A stretch of 63,207 nucleotides of DNA, the filler included, from Hyphochytrium catenoides (taxonomy: Eukaryota > Protista > Hyphochytriomycota): assembly GCA_900088475.1 (NCBI GenBank). It is 10 parts of 10 records of this genome, joined end to end, with 100 filler letters (N's around TTAATTAATTAA, not from the genome) between each part and the next. Parts side by side here need not be neighbours in the genome. Positions count along the whole stretch, not along the records: positions 1 to 8,796 come from FLMG01001837.1; positions 8,897 to 20,439 come from FLMG01004385.1; 8 more parts are not named here. The stretch is one strand, 5' to 3'. This document shows, in pieces, positions 1-12,241 of this stretch (position 1 is the first letter of the stretch; each line of letters opens with the position of its first letter). A program made the translations under genes and the position numbers. The notes below the pieces were generated by a model. The model worked only from the letters and a program-made list of their open reading frames with translations. It was not told the DNA's origin and did not search any database.

Positions 1-200
1 GACAACGCCATCAAAGTCCTTAGCTTCGCCTAAGGCGGTAAACGATTTCCACCAATCCTGGTGCATCGTGTAACGCTCGCTTGTCATCAGCTGTAAGGGG
101 AAAGTTCAGGTGTGATGATGGTGACATGACGGTTCCTAGTCATCACCATCGATGACAGAAAGACTGTCTTACCTGTCCAACTGAACGGATTACGTAGAAC

Positions 201-295
201 ACAAGTATAGGTCATTACTATTTCCGATACTGGCAAATCAAGAGTGTAGGTCATTACGATTATGCTGGTAAAGCGAGAGTGTAGGTCATTATTGT
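201..295. repeat. Three degenerate ~36-40 bp tandem units, core GT(G/A)TAGGTCATTA
   Basis: Core at ~205, ~244 and ~279; the intervening segments also resemble each other (tactggcaaa / tgctggtaaa). Confidence 0.7.
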
Positions 296-561
296 CCATC
301 ATCATCTGTCCTACTAAAAAGCATCTCTGCTGCCCTGGATGGATGTTATTATCCTCTTCCTCTCCAGGGCGAGTGGCAGATTCTCCTCTTTTGCTGTTTC
401 TGCCTCTGCTCCTAGCGGTAGCGCTGCCTCTCCTGCTCCAGCAGCTGGATCTGTGGAACCCCCAGCAGCACCCCCCTCCGGAATCCTCTGCTACTTTTGC
501 GCCCCCTCCCAAACCTACTATCGTCTATTATGGGGGACCCTTCTGCCTTGTTGTTCCTCCT

Positions 562-730
562 TTCAACCCTCCTCATCATTCTTTTCTCTCTTGTCCCTCA
601 CCGAACTCTCTGCCGCCGCCGAATATCCTCTCTGTTCTCATAACTCTTTCAAACCTCCTCATTCTGTTCTCTCTTGTCCCTCACCGAACTCTCTTCTGCC
701 GACGCCGGATATCCTCTCTGTTCTCATAAC
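562..730. repeat. Two-copy ~85 bp tandem duplication
   Basis: TCTCTTGTCCCTCACCGAACTCTC...ATATCCTCTCTGTTCTCATAAC occurs at ~587-643 and ~670-730. Confidence 0.85.
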
Positions 731-1569
731 CGATATTTCTACCTTTACGTAAATTCTGGCAAGCAGCTGTTAGTCCTCTCTGTGCTGCTTCTCTTTGCGG
801 GCTCACGGATACCACTTGCGTTCGGGTTAACGCTTTCTGGTGTGGACTCTGCTCTTCCTATTTCCAGAGGCTGTTTTGCGTCGGACTAGCTCATCAGGTG
901 GCAGTGGAAGCCGCACTAAGCATGCTTGTTCCGCGAAGACCTTTAATCTTTTGATGGACCGTCTTGTCTGTCCGTTGGAACGAAGGAGAATCTGCTGCTT
1001 CGTGGGCAGAAGTGGCAGTAGTGCAGGAACCGGCGTGTGCTCCGGCCCTTTCCAACCCATTATTCTTGGTAGTATAAGATACTTTTCTGTTTTTTGTAAA
1101 AAATAAATAAATCACACTGTGGAAAAGAGGGTATTGAGAGGTAAAAAGCTCGAAGGACCATTGGATGCTCCCAAAGAGAGAGTCATCTTGCCGCTTGCTT
1201 CTCACTCTCAACAATGACAAGCAAACTCTAGGTGATGGATGGGAAATTAGCTTCCCTTTTTGTAGTTGGACTGATCTGTTTGTGGACCTTTAGACCAGTG
1301 GAAGCGTAAATTGCCCTCATCTAAAGAAGAAACATCAAAGCATCCCTTACTGCTGGCTTCTTTATCTTTACGTTCTGGTTGAGATAATCGCTCTAATTCC
1401 ATCGACTCTGGTTGATTCTTCACGTCCCCTCTACTACCTTCAAACCCTTGCTGTCCAGTCTGTTGTTCGGGAGCAGTATGATCCCTTCGTAGAGCGAAAT
1501 CTCTTCTCTCAAATAGCTCTCGTTTCAAAGTCCAGTGATTCTGTCACGTTACATCCCTTCGCCCGCCCA

Positions 1570-2127
1570 GGAGGACTTGACGATGATCCCTTTCCGACAT
1601 TGATGGCGAGGGTGGAGGAGGAGAACGAGTTGAAGAGTCCAGGGCTTTGTAACTCTCGTCTCGTCTTCATTTCTCTTCTTCTTCTTCCTCTTCTCCTCCT
1701 CCTCCTCCTCCTCCTTCTTCTTCTTCTTCTACTTCTTCTTCTTCTTCTCCTCCTCCTCCTCCTCCTCCTCCTTCTTCTTCATCATCATCATCATCAGGTA
1801 AACTAGCAGTAACGAAATAATTTGCATAATGGGTGTAAAAGAACAGCTGGAACAATCAATAGACCCCGTTATTTCTCTCTCATTCATATAATATATAAAA
1901 CATATAATAACTACTAAGAACTAAGAACTAAGAAGAAGTAAAACAAGAAGAAGGAGACGAAGAAGGAAGAGGAGAGAAGAAGAAGACAAAGGAGAAGAAG
2001 AAGGAGAAGAAGAAGAGAAAAGAAGAGGAGACAAGAGCTACAAAGCTTTGGACTCTACAACGTGTTCTCCTCAGCCTCCCTCGCCATCGATGTCGGAAAG
2101 AAGAAGAATCATAGTTGAACTCTTCCG
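1570..2127. mobile_element. Degenerate fold-back / MITE-like element with long imperfect inverted repeats
   Basis: 1588-1668 (ctttccgacattgatggcgaggg...gagtccagggctttgtaactctcgtctc) is the imperfect reverse complement of ~2022-2100. The arms continue inward as complementary CTT/CTC versus GAA/GAG tracts around an AT-rich centre. No target-site duplication recognised. Confidence 0.6.
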
Positions 2128-2659
2128 CAACTCTTCTTTTATTCCTCCAGCATTAGCCAAACATTCTGCAAGCAAGAAGACAGACTAGTCTACATCATCT
2201 CTCTCTCTGCTTCGCGTAGTTAGTATGGAAAATCTTTAAACCAGCAAACAGACTCTTCCAAACAACTTTGGTAGCATGTCAAATTATGCTCACTTTGACT
2301 CCAACCATTTGCTCACGCATCCCATCTTCTTGCCTCCTCTTCTTAGCAAACGCTGGATTAGCAAACAAAGCGTTGCAAACACACTGCGCATGCGGTAATA
2401 ACGCGCACTCCCAAATGCTTGCTGCAACCCTCATGATGAAGTAAGGTCATCATCCCATTAATGTTAAGCCCTACTATTATGGATGGGATTCAAATAAGTT
2501 TAGCGGCAGGAGGAGGATGAGTTTGCACATCAACTTTTATTGAGCTTACTGATCGTAATAGGGAAGAAGGCTCTCTAAAGGTAGCGCTTCCCATCAGTGG
2601 AGTCGACAATATTAATTGGGAAAAGGGAAAACGAGTCAGAAGAGGCCGCAAGGAAGAGG

Positions 2660-3700
2660 TGAAGATAAACAAAAAGAAGGTTGATCTCCACGATTGATGG
2701 TCCGACGATCCAACGCTTTGACGTAGGTGTGCTACGTGGACGAGCGGGAGGTATGAGCTCTCAAGTGACCGTTGGCAGCGTCCTTCGTTATGGATTATAG
2801 GCCAGACAACAATGGACCGAGGCGATGAGGGGTTCAAGAGAGTAAAGACATCAACCAAAAAGAGGAGTTGATGCCCACGAGGATGTGATCTATCCAGATG
2901 GTAAATGAGTTATTATGCTACGTGGACGAGCTGAGGGTATGAGCTATCAATTGAAGTCCCAGGGTCGACGTCAGGCCGTCCTTCTTGAAGGCCAGACGAC
3001 AGGTGGTTGCCTGGATGGGAAAGACAGGGAAGAGGGAAACAAGGAAATCACAAAAAGATGCCTACGAGATGGAAGGTGAAGCCGGTCGCCCTCGGACAAC
3101 AGCAAAAAAAGAATTGAAGAAGACAAAAGAAAGGTTGATGTCCACGAAAATCTGATCCAATTGATTTGATAGGAGATGTGTGCTACGTGGACGAGTTGGA
3201 GGTGTGAGCTCGCAACTGAAATGTCAGGGCAGGCCAGTCCTTCTTAAGGGCCAGATGGCCGGTGGTTGCCTGAGATGGGAAAAAACAAGTTGGAAAAGGG
3301 ACGAGGAGGGAAAAAGGAGATCACGAGAGAATGCCTGCGAGATGGAAGGGGAAGTCGGTCGTCTTATGACGACAGCAAAAGAAGTGAAGAGGACAAAAGA
3401 AAGGTTGATGTCCACGAAAATCTGATCCATTTGATTTGATAGGAGATGTGAGCTACGTGGACGAGTTGGAGGTGTGAGCTCGCAACTGAAATGTCAGGGC
3501 AGGCCAGCCCTTCTTAAAGGCCAGGTGGTTAGGGACAGCCAGAAGGCGATCACACGGAGGAGCAACAAAAATGAAGGAGGAGATGCTGTCCACGAGGAAT
3601 CGATCTAGGCCTTACAGCCAGTTTGATGGTTGAGGTGTGCTACGTGGACAAGGTGAGGCGCTCAACCTCACTGACAAGTCCTCAGCACGGCGAGTCTCAT
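2660..3700 (+). repeat. Five-unit diverged tandem array (periods about 186, 266, 269, 187 bp) with conserved motifs
   Basis: GCTACGTGGAC at ~2731, 2917, 3183, 3452 and 3639, each preceded ~40-50 nt upstream by CCACGA. Units 3 and 4 are nearly identical over ~140 bp. Confidence 0.85.
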
Positions 3701-6700
3701 ATATGAAAAAGATGTCAGAAAGGAGCCATCATAGGCGACGAGTGAAGGTCACTCTTCCGCACGGTAGTACTACTATTTGATCCCTTGGTTAATCACTGCT
3801 ACATAAGAGCTATGTATTACTACTGCCAAATGACAAACATTCTTGCCGTTGACATCGAAGAGTGAACGTCCGTGATGATGATAATCTCTGCCCACAGGTA
3901 CATCTCACTCGACGCTTATGGCCTCAGCTTATTAACCAATCTTCTGCTTGTGTCTGCTGCGGCCCTCCAATCGTCATCAAGGCTGCTCCTCTTGCAGTTC
4001 TTGGCTTCGTTTGTTCCCTTTCTACAAAGATTAGCTGATGGCTAGCTGTTATTAGCACCACTTCATGATAGGATGTGGGGAGGAGGACGACTGCTTTGCC
4101 GCTCTACCATGAAGATTTGAAGGCCCCAGCGGTGGTACATCATCATGAGAATGAGCAGGGAGGGAGGGCTGCCTACTAGTACGCCTGCTCCCGTTCGGCA
4201 TCCTTCCTAGTCCTTGATGATGGTCACCACCATCAACTTGGGGCCGTGATCGTGTGATGTACTCCTGACTATCTCTTCGTGATCCTCTGAGCACTCATTG
4301 GCCTGCTGCCTGAGTAGATGCGGTCTATTATGGTAATCTACTACTCTGATAATGGTACAGGAGGTGGATCGGCTTGAGGGGCGCTCTCGCAATAGCAAGG
4401 AAGGGTCCTATCTATAGCTAAAAGGAACCACTACTAAGGAGCAACAACTAGAGCAGGAGACAATGACGAGATGGGGATCTGATAACAGCAGACAGAGGTC
4501 CCAACAAGGAAACCTGATGATGAAGTAGATGAGGAGCAAGCCATGCCAGCGCTAATGAATTGTATTGTTTAAAGGAGGAAGGAGAAAATGGGTAAACAAA
4601 GGAGAATCACAGCTTTTAGTCCATGACATCATCGGCGGCGATGTAGTAGACAGGCCTTAGGTCCTCGGGCAAGAGTGGATTGTTGAAGCGAGAAGATGGA
4701 TCAACGAGTGACAACTACTGGTCTTTGACAATAAGGACCACGATCTAGCATACCGAGTGCAATTGAAATGAAGAAGATCAAAGAGGAAGTCTTGAGCAAT
4801 ACGTGGACCAGGCGGCCTATTGAAGGAGAGAAGTACGTCCCGGCAAAGACGGAGGCATTCCTCCTAGCCAAAGAGAGGATCATAGTTCTTCTGGCAAGAC
4901 GATGGAGTTACTAGCAGTAGAGACCCAAGGATCAGTGACCAACTCCTCTTGATATCTATCTCCCGTGCCTTACCCTTGATGTCGATTGAGGAGGAGACAC
5001 TGGTGCTAGAAAGGACTCCTCCTCCCTCTGACTGCCACAAATTGAATGAGAGGACTTGAGAGAGAAGAAATCAAGCGAGTCGACCCTAATTGTCTTCCTT
5101 GTGGTGGTGTGGCGCTGAAGTCTCTTGCAATGGCGGATGAGATCGGTTTCTGGCGCCAGAATGCCGTGTCAAGCCATAGAAGATGGCAGCTTGTAGAACG
5201 GAAGGAAATAAAGAAGATACACGAAGAGACCCACAAAAGAAGGAAGAGAGAGAGAGAGAGAGAGGGAGAGAGAAAAAGAAGAGAGAGAGGGAGAGAGAAA
5301 AAGAAGAGAGAGAGAGAGAGACAGACAGAAAGACAGAGACAGAGAAAGGCAGAGAGAGACAAAGACCGACGGACAGAGAGGAGAGACAGATAAGCGGAGA
5401 GGGATGTAGATCAGGACTATGCACCTCCGGTGTCGACAGCAGTAAGAGTCGTCAACAAACAACCTGCAGGTGACATGAAGAAGCGGAAAGAGGAAACCTT
5501 GCTGCAATAGTACCAAACAGGACAACAGAGAAAGTAGAGAGCAACAGTTGCATTAAACAGCATCAGAATCTTAGACGACAGCGAGAAAATGTGGGCGAGA
5601 CGAAGGAAGAAGAATAGAGTGAAGAACGTATCCTCAGAGCACAAGCTACCGTCACCAGCTGATGAAGTGATAGTGTGACGCCGCTGCTGTGACACAAACC
5701 GGAACAGGTATAAGAGGAGGAAGAAGGCACCGGCAGATATAGAGAGCTGAGAGGAGCATAAGGACTGCTGGGTCGTTCGGAAGAAGATGCTGGAAATAGG
5801 ACAAGCCTCGTCTCAATCATCATCATCTCCTATCTTCGTGTGGCGCTTTTTGCTAGTTAGCCCGTCGCCTTGCTTGCCGCTCCGCCTCCACGAGTGACTG
5901 GCGAGTGATCATTGGATCCAGTAGCAAGGAGTGGAAAGCACAAAGCATGATGGAGGGAGGACAGTTGAGGACAAAATGGAACTATGTTATGAGCTCTCCT
6001 GTTTACTGTTTCTCCCTCTTCTCCACCGACTCCTTTCTGCTCGCGGTCGTCGTTCTTGATGAGCGTGCTCTGTCCTACTGCTTTCCTCCTCTTCTTTGCG
6101 TCCATCATTGTTCTCCTTTATTAGTTCTTTTGTTTTCCTCTTCTGCTATCCTAACCCTCCGCTTTCTTTCTCTGCCTTCTCCTCTCTTTCTAAAATATCC
6201 TTCTCACAACTTCCTCGCTTGCGATGGCCAACGATTATAAAAGAAAGAAGTAGTGGTGCATGCCACGCCTTCAGCTCGCCTTCTTCACTTCGATCCGCCA
6301 GAAGTGACATTGTCGGCTTTCCTTATTTTTTTATAATAGCATAGAATAACGCTTCCTCTGCTCCTCCCCACCACTTCTTGCCTATTCTTTCAAACGCTGC
6401 TGCAAATAATAACCCCGCTCTCTTCTTCTTCCAGCCAATCTCTTGCATGCTGAGGAGGATGTCCTCTTCCCTTCTCCACGGAGGAGGATTGTAGTTCTTT
6501 CCGTTGCTCCTCAGGTCTTACGATACCTTTGGTTGTTGGGAAACAACAATGAAGGGAACTTCCTCTGAACGAGACAACCGAAAGGTCAACCGGAAGACAA
6601 AGCGAGGGTGGAGAGATTGTTGATGAAACAAAAGGATGAAGAGTGAGGAGAGAGTTAGAGAGAGAGAGGAAGACGAGAGAGCGCGAGAAGAGAGACAGAG

Positions 6701-6889
6701 TCAGAACAGAGAAGAAAGGGGAAGAAGAAAGGAGGAAACAGGGAGGAGAAGATTCATCAAAGTATGAGGAAGGAGCGAGGAGTATTTACGATGAAGGCAA
6801 CAAGCGGATTCAAGCCCGTGTGAACCGGTAGAGCAGTCAGAGCAGCCCCCAGCGCAAGCGCCTGTACACGCCCTCGTGAGACACCAAGC

Positions 6890-7635
6890 TTGACAAGTTC
6901 TATTTCCATTGGCAGCATTCTAGGGCTCTTTTCACTAGCAGAGAAGGAGTCACGTCGCCTATCAGATTCTGAGAGAGCCGCGGTGGAAGGTATTCTGGGT
7001 GTGAACTGGCAGACGACACTTGGTGGCAGGGAGAAACTACTGCCTTCGCATGTCGGCTCGGACGTTGTACATCATTGTGAGGATCTTAGGCAAGTGTATA
7101 ACGCTGGGCAGAATATAGACGGTGAGGTGATCAACGCGTGGATGGTCATGATGGCCGAGTACTATCCCGACATGCTCTTCTATAGGGTTCATTCATCTGA
7201 TCAACTTCCGGGGTTCCACTATAATCGCTCGGAGAGGATCTTCGTCCCAGTCATCCTAGTAGCCACTGAGAATGAGTTTGAAGCTGACGCAGAGCAGAGG
7301 CACTTTATTGTTTTTTACATCAATGGAGGACGCGCTTACCTGCTTCACAGCGCCAACAAAGAAGTTGGCTCTGGACGAGATAACTTGCTGGCGATCAATC
7401 ATTGCCAACGTCAGGGGACTTAGAAAAGCCTATAAGAATGCCCTGCTGCCCTCAGCAGCAAAACATACATGACTGCGGTATCTATCTTTGCCTTAACCCC
7501 CACAAGCTTTGTCAGAAGAATAGGGCATCGATAACATTTACGCTAGATGATCGTAGTGGCAGAAACTCCCTTAGTAGGGAGTGGGTGACTTTCATCCTCC
7601 TTAACTTCTTTGCCGCCTACTTCAGTTCTGAATGA
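6890..7635 (+). pseudogene. Ulp1/C48 (SUMO-protease-like) cysteine peptidase remnant, frameshifted, probably transposon-derived
   Basis: NIDGEVINAWM, IFVPV, QRHFIVFYI (catalytic His) and AYLLHS (expected DS) lie in ORF 6890-7423. PQQQNIHDCGIYLC (oxyanion Gln, catalytic Cys) lies in a different frame, ORF 7402-7635. Confidence 0.75.
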
Positions 7636-8796
7636 TTGCAAGGCAAACCAGTGACCCAGTTACCGATGAGCTACTCTTATGACAGAGCTTGTACGCACGG
7701 GATTAAGACAGAGGAAAATACCGCACTCATGTCTATTTTGCTACTGAGGGTGTATATTGCTGGTGCCAGGCGCTTTCGACGAGGGTTTTTGATGGCGCTC
7801 TTGCACACTTTATCAGGCCAGCCACCAAGAGGAGCTTAAGAGTGGGCAGCACTTAGGGTCCCGGAGGACCAAGTAGACGACCAAGGTTCACTGTATCTCT
7901 TCAAACGGCAGATGTTCAGGCTATTGGAGGATAGCAAGGTTAGCTCCATGACAAGTCAGAGATAGTTCGATAGCACGGCTTCTTCCTCTCAATTGGCGAG
8001 ATGGTGGCCTCCCTCATTTCGTATCCCTAACCCTCCCCTCATTGCCTCGCGTTTCCTTCCCTTACCATCCCCTTCCTCCACACAATATGCTGCTTCCCCT
8101 AACTATATCTTCTCCAATACTCTCTCCCAAATACCTCGCAGACGTTCGGAAATGCCGAGCGCTGACAGTGAGCTTGATGCCTGGCCACAAGCAGGCTAGC
8201 GCAGCTTCAAATAGTGCTCAAGAAGGCATTCAGGGCCTGAAGAATGACGACAATTCGCTGTCGCGGAGGCTCTGAGCCGTGAGATAGATGCTACAGCGAC
8301 GCAGCGCTGTTTGGAGTATATCTTTTAGAGTGAATACCTCCGTCACCTCAGCACCTAAGGGGAGGAGCTACCCATCATCCCAAATTGTAGTAATGTAACT
8401 ATCCTATCTGGCAGAAGGGGGGACTTCTACTTGTCAGGGGGGATAGTGGCTGGCGTTGCCCCCTGGAGACAGAGAATCTTGGGTCAGACAGGGACCAAGA
8501 AAGGGCCCGAAAGCCATCAACAATCTCAGCTTCTTAGTTTACCCAAACAGCTAAACCAGATCCCTTTCCAGGGTCAGTCCGTCCTATTAAAATGGGATTA
8601 ACTTAGCTAACCTGGGTAGAATCCTGTCATTATCCAGGTTGGATACCGTTGATCACCTGATCTGTCTTCTGATTGGCTGTACCGGGAGGGTCCATGAGAT
8701 TCGGGCCCCGCATTCCCTAAGGTTTTTACTGTATATACACTTTGGACGAATCTTTCTCCTCACCAGAGCCCGACGTGGACCATAGAAGTGCGAGGG

Positions 8797-8896
8797 NNNN
8801 NNNNNNNNNNNNNNNNNNNNNNNNNNNNNNNNNNNNNNNNTTAATTAATTAANNNNNNNNNNNNNNNNNNNNNNNNNNNNNNNNNNNNNNNNNNNN
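8797..8896. other. Artificial scaffold spacer
   Basis: 44 N + TTAATTAATTAA (stops in all six frames) + 44 N. Confidence 0.95.
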
Positions 8897-9579
8897 GAGA
8901 GAGAGAGAGAGAAAGGGAGAGAGAGAAAGGGAGAGAGGGAGAGACAGAGGGAGAGAGAGACAGATGGGAGAGAGAGAGAGCGGAGAGCGAGAAAGAGAGA
9001 GAAAAAGAGAGAGAGAGACAGAAGAGTAAGTCAAACAACTTGTTAACTGGCGATATGGAAGCAAAAGAGAGGACCGGAGAGGCAAAAGAAAAAAGAGAGG
9101 AAGGAGCAACAGAGGAAAGAGAGGAAGGGAGCAACAAATGCGAAGAGACGTAGAAGAATAAAATGTAGAGATAGGCGGTAGGATGAACACGAAAAACAGC
9201 CATAAAAGTCGAGAGAAAGAGGAAAAAAAGAGAGAGAAAGAGGAGGAGAAGTAAATAGATAGAAGAAGCAAGGTTTGAAAGGAAAGAGAGAGAAAGACTG
9301 AAAGAATGTGAGAGAGAGACAAAAAAAAGAAAGAGAGACAGAGAGAGCCAGAGTACCGCTCAGCAGGCGCACCTGACCATAAAAACTAGGAAACAGAAGA
9401 GAAACTGAGAGAGAGACTTTGCCCATATATATATATATATGCCAGAGGTGAATTGAGGACAAGGAGCAAAGAAACGAGAGAGAGTAGAAAGAGGGAGTGA
9501 GAGAGAGAGCTAATATATATGTGTCAGAGATGACTTGAGGACAAAGAGCAAAGAAATGAGAGAGCAAAAAGAAAAAGAG

Positions 9580-9623
<44 letters not shown>

Positions 9624-9627
9624 NNNN

Positions 9628-9828
9628 TCCCACATGTCACTGAAGGCGCGGATGAGAGAGACGCAGCTGTAACTCGCGCCGTAGGTTTCTTCCAGGCGCG
9701 CTGTCTCTCCCGCGTTGAAGGTTTGATGAATGATTCCTTTGACATAATCTACCGGGAAGTACAAGGGGAAGCCCAGGAAGAAAAAGATGGAACCCTCGTC
9801 TGAAGGAGTATGGGCGTAGGGAAAGAGA

Positions 9829-9868
<40 letters not shown>

Positions 9869-11052
9869 TAGCCAGACAGAGAGAGAGATAGCCAGAGCGA
9901 GACAGATATCCAGACAGAGCAAGAGATAGCCAACGCGAAAGAGATAGCCAGAGAGAGAGAGAGAGAGAGCGAGAGAGCGAGCGAGAGAGAGAAAGGAAAA
10001 AGCAAGNNNNNNNNNNNNNNNNNNNNNNNNNNNNNNNNNNNNNNNNNNNNNNNNNNNNNNNNNNNNNNNNNNNNNNNNNNNNNNNNNNNNNNNNNNNNNN
10101 NNNNNNNNNNNNNNNNNNNNNNNNNNNNNNNNNNNNNNNNNNNNNNNNNNNNNNNNNNNNNNNNNNNNNNNNNNNNNNNNNNNNNNNNNNNNNNNNNNNN
10201 NNNNNNNNNNNNNNNNNNNNNNNNNNNNNNNNNNNNNNNNNNNNNNNNNNNNNNNNNNNNNNNNNNNNNNNNNNNNNNNNNNNNNNNNNNNNNNNNNNNN
10301 NNNNNNNNNNNNNNNNNNNNNNNNNNNNNNNNNNNNNNNNNNNNNNNNNNNNNNNNNNNNNNNNNNNNCGACAAAGAGAGAAAGAGAGAGAGTATTGCGA
10401 GGATACTGAAAGAAAAAAACAGGAGGGAGATTAGAGTCCCGAAGGACTGGTACGTACAACTGCATTTAAAGCCAAAGAGTTCTGACAGCTCTCTCTCTCT
10501 CTCTCTCTCTCTCTNNNNNNNNNNNNNNNNNNNNNNNNNNNNNNNNNNNNNNNNNNAGTCCCGATCACGACGTCCACGTCCTTGAGGTGCTCTCCTCTCT
10601 CTATCACCGCGTGAGGATGCTCTGGGAAGGCGGAAGGGAACCATCGAACGCCGTCATTCCAGACCAGCCCGCGCTTCAGAGGCAACGCTGAGCTAAGTCT
10701 TTCTATTGTCTGAGAGCGAAGACAGCGGAGAGTCTCTCCTTCGTCTCTTTCTCTCTCTCTCTCTCTCTCGCCATCGCAACCCAGTCTCTCTGCCAGAGCC
10801 TTTCCTTGCGCGTGCGCCTCTTCCAGGCTGAGATAGGGAAAGTCACAGATGCCGCTCTGGAAGATCATGCGATGGAAAAGGCCCTTCAGTCTCGGATTGG
10901 CAAGGTGGAAACACATGGAGAAGGCACCTGCAACAAAGAGAGAGAGAGAAAGAGATGGGGAAAGGATAAGAAAGAGATGTTGGGGTTTGGGGTTTTTGGT
11001 ACAGAGAGAGAGAGAGAGAGAGAGNNNNNNNNNNNNNNNNNNNNNNNNNNNN

Positions 11053-11102
<50 letters not shown>

Positions 11103-12192
11103 TAGAGAGAGAGAGAGATAGCAAGATAGATAGATAGATAGAGAGAGAGAGGGGGAAAGGAGGGAGGGATGGAGGAAGAAGGGATGATGGCCGGTGACTA
11201 AGTAAGTACCGGACGGAGATGAAAGATAAGAGACAGGAAAGAGAAAAAAGAACGGGAGAGAGAGAGAGCAGCAGGATTTTAGCGAGAGGATGCAAAAAGC
11301 GAGACTGTGAACAATAGTGAAGAGAATGAAGAGAGAGAAGTCATTCATGAGACTAGACAGCCAGGGGTAGAGGCCTTCGACCGAGGAGAGAAGAGAAAGA
11401 AAGCCTGCAGGTCATGACAACGGCGAAGAGAGAGAGACACACCAACATCACCCCAGAAGGTGACAAAGCCAGCGCGCGAGAGGGGAGTAGACCGAGAAAG
11501 AACAGGAAGGGAGAGAGGACAGACAGACAGGGGAAGAGAGAGAGACGGGGAGAAAGGGAGGGAGAGAGAGAAGAGAGAGAGAGAGAAGCTCCTTCCGCAT
11601 TCTCTTCCCTCCTTTTCTCACCTGCAGAGTTGCCCATGAGCGTGACTCTGTCTCTTCTCCCTCGAAACGCGTGAATATTCCTCGCCACCCATCGCAGCGC
11701 CTGCTCCTGGTCCTGAAGGCCAAGATTGACTCTCTCTCTCTCCCAGGCTGGGTGGGCCAGGAAGCCGAGGACGCCCAGGCGATAGTTGAGAGAGACATAG
11801 ACAACGTTATTGCGACGGACAAAGGTAGAAGGGTCCGGAGAGGCGTGTGGGTGCGTGCCAGAGCCTAAGATAAACCCGCCGCCATGGAGAAAGACAGCTA
11901 CAGGAAGGAGAGACTCTTCTTCTCTCTCTCTCTCTCCTTCTCTCTCTCCTTCTCTCTGTCTCTCTTCAGCCTGGTCCCAGACTTCTTCGGGGATCCAGAT
12001 GTTGAGAAAGAGACAGTCTTCGCTTTGTACGGACGCGGCGCTGAGGAGAGAGACAGTGGCGGGGCCGAAGCAGGCGGCGCCCGGCGCAGTGGCGTTGAGA
12101 ATATCTTTCCACGGCTCAGGATCCGAGGGAGGATCGAACCGACGTTCGCCAACTAGAGAGAGAGACAGACAGACAGACAGACACAGACAGAG

Positions 12193-12241
<49 letters not shown>

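Noticed and set aside
201-295. CRISPR-like mini array
   Set aside because: The spacers resemble each other, the repeats are only ~16 bp, there are no cas genes and the context is eukaryotic.
8130-8340. Tyrosine recombinase remnant (minus strand LTVSARHFRTSA)
   Set aside because: No proper HxxR spacing or downstream H/Y motif; the frame contains stops.
8841-8852. Recurrent TTAATTAATTAA palindrome as a biological motif
   Set aside because: Always centred in exactly 44+44 N; it is an assembly linker.
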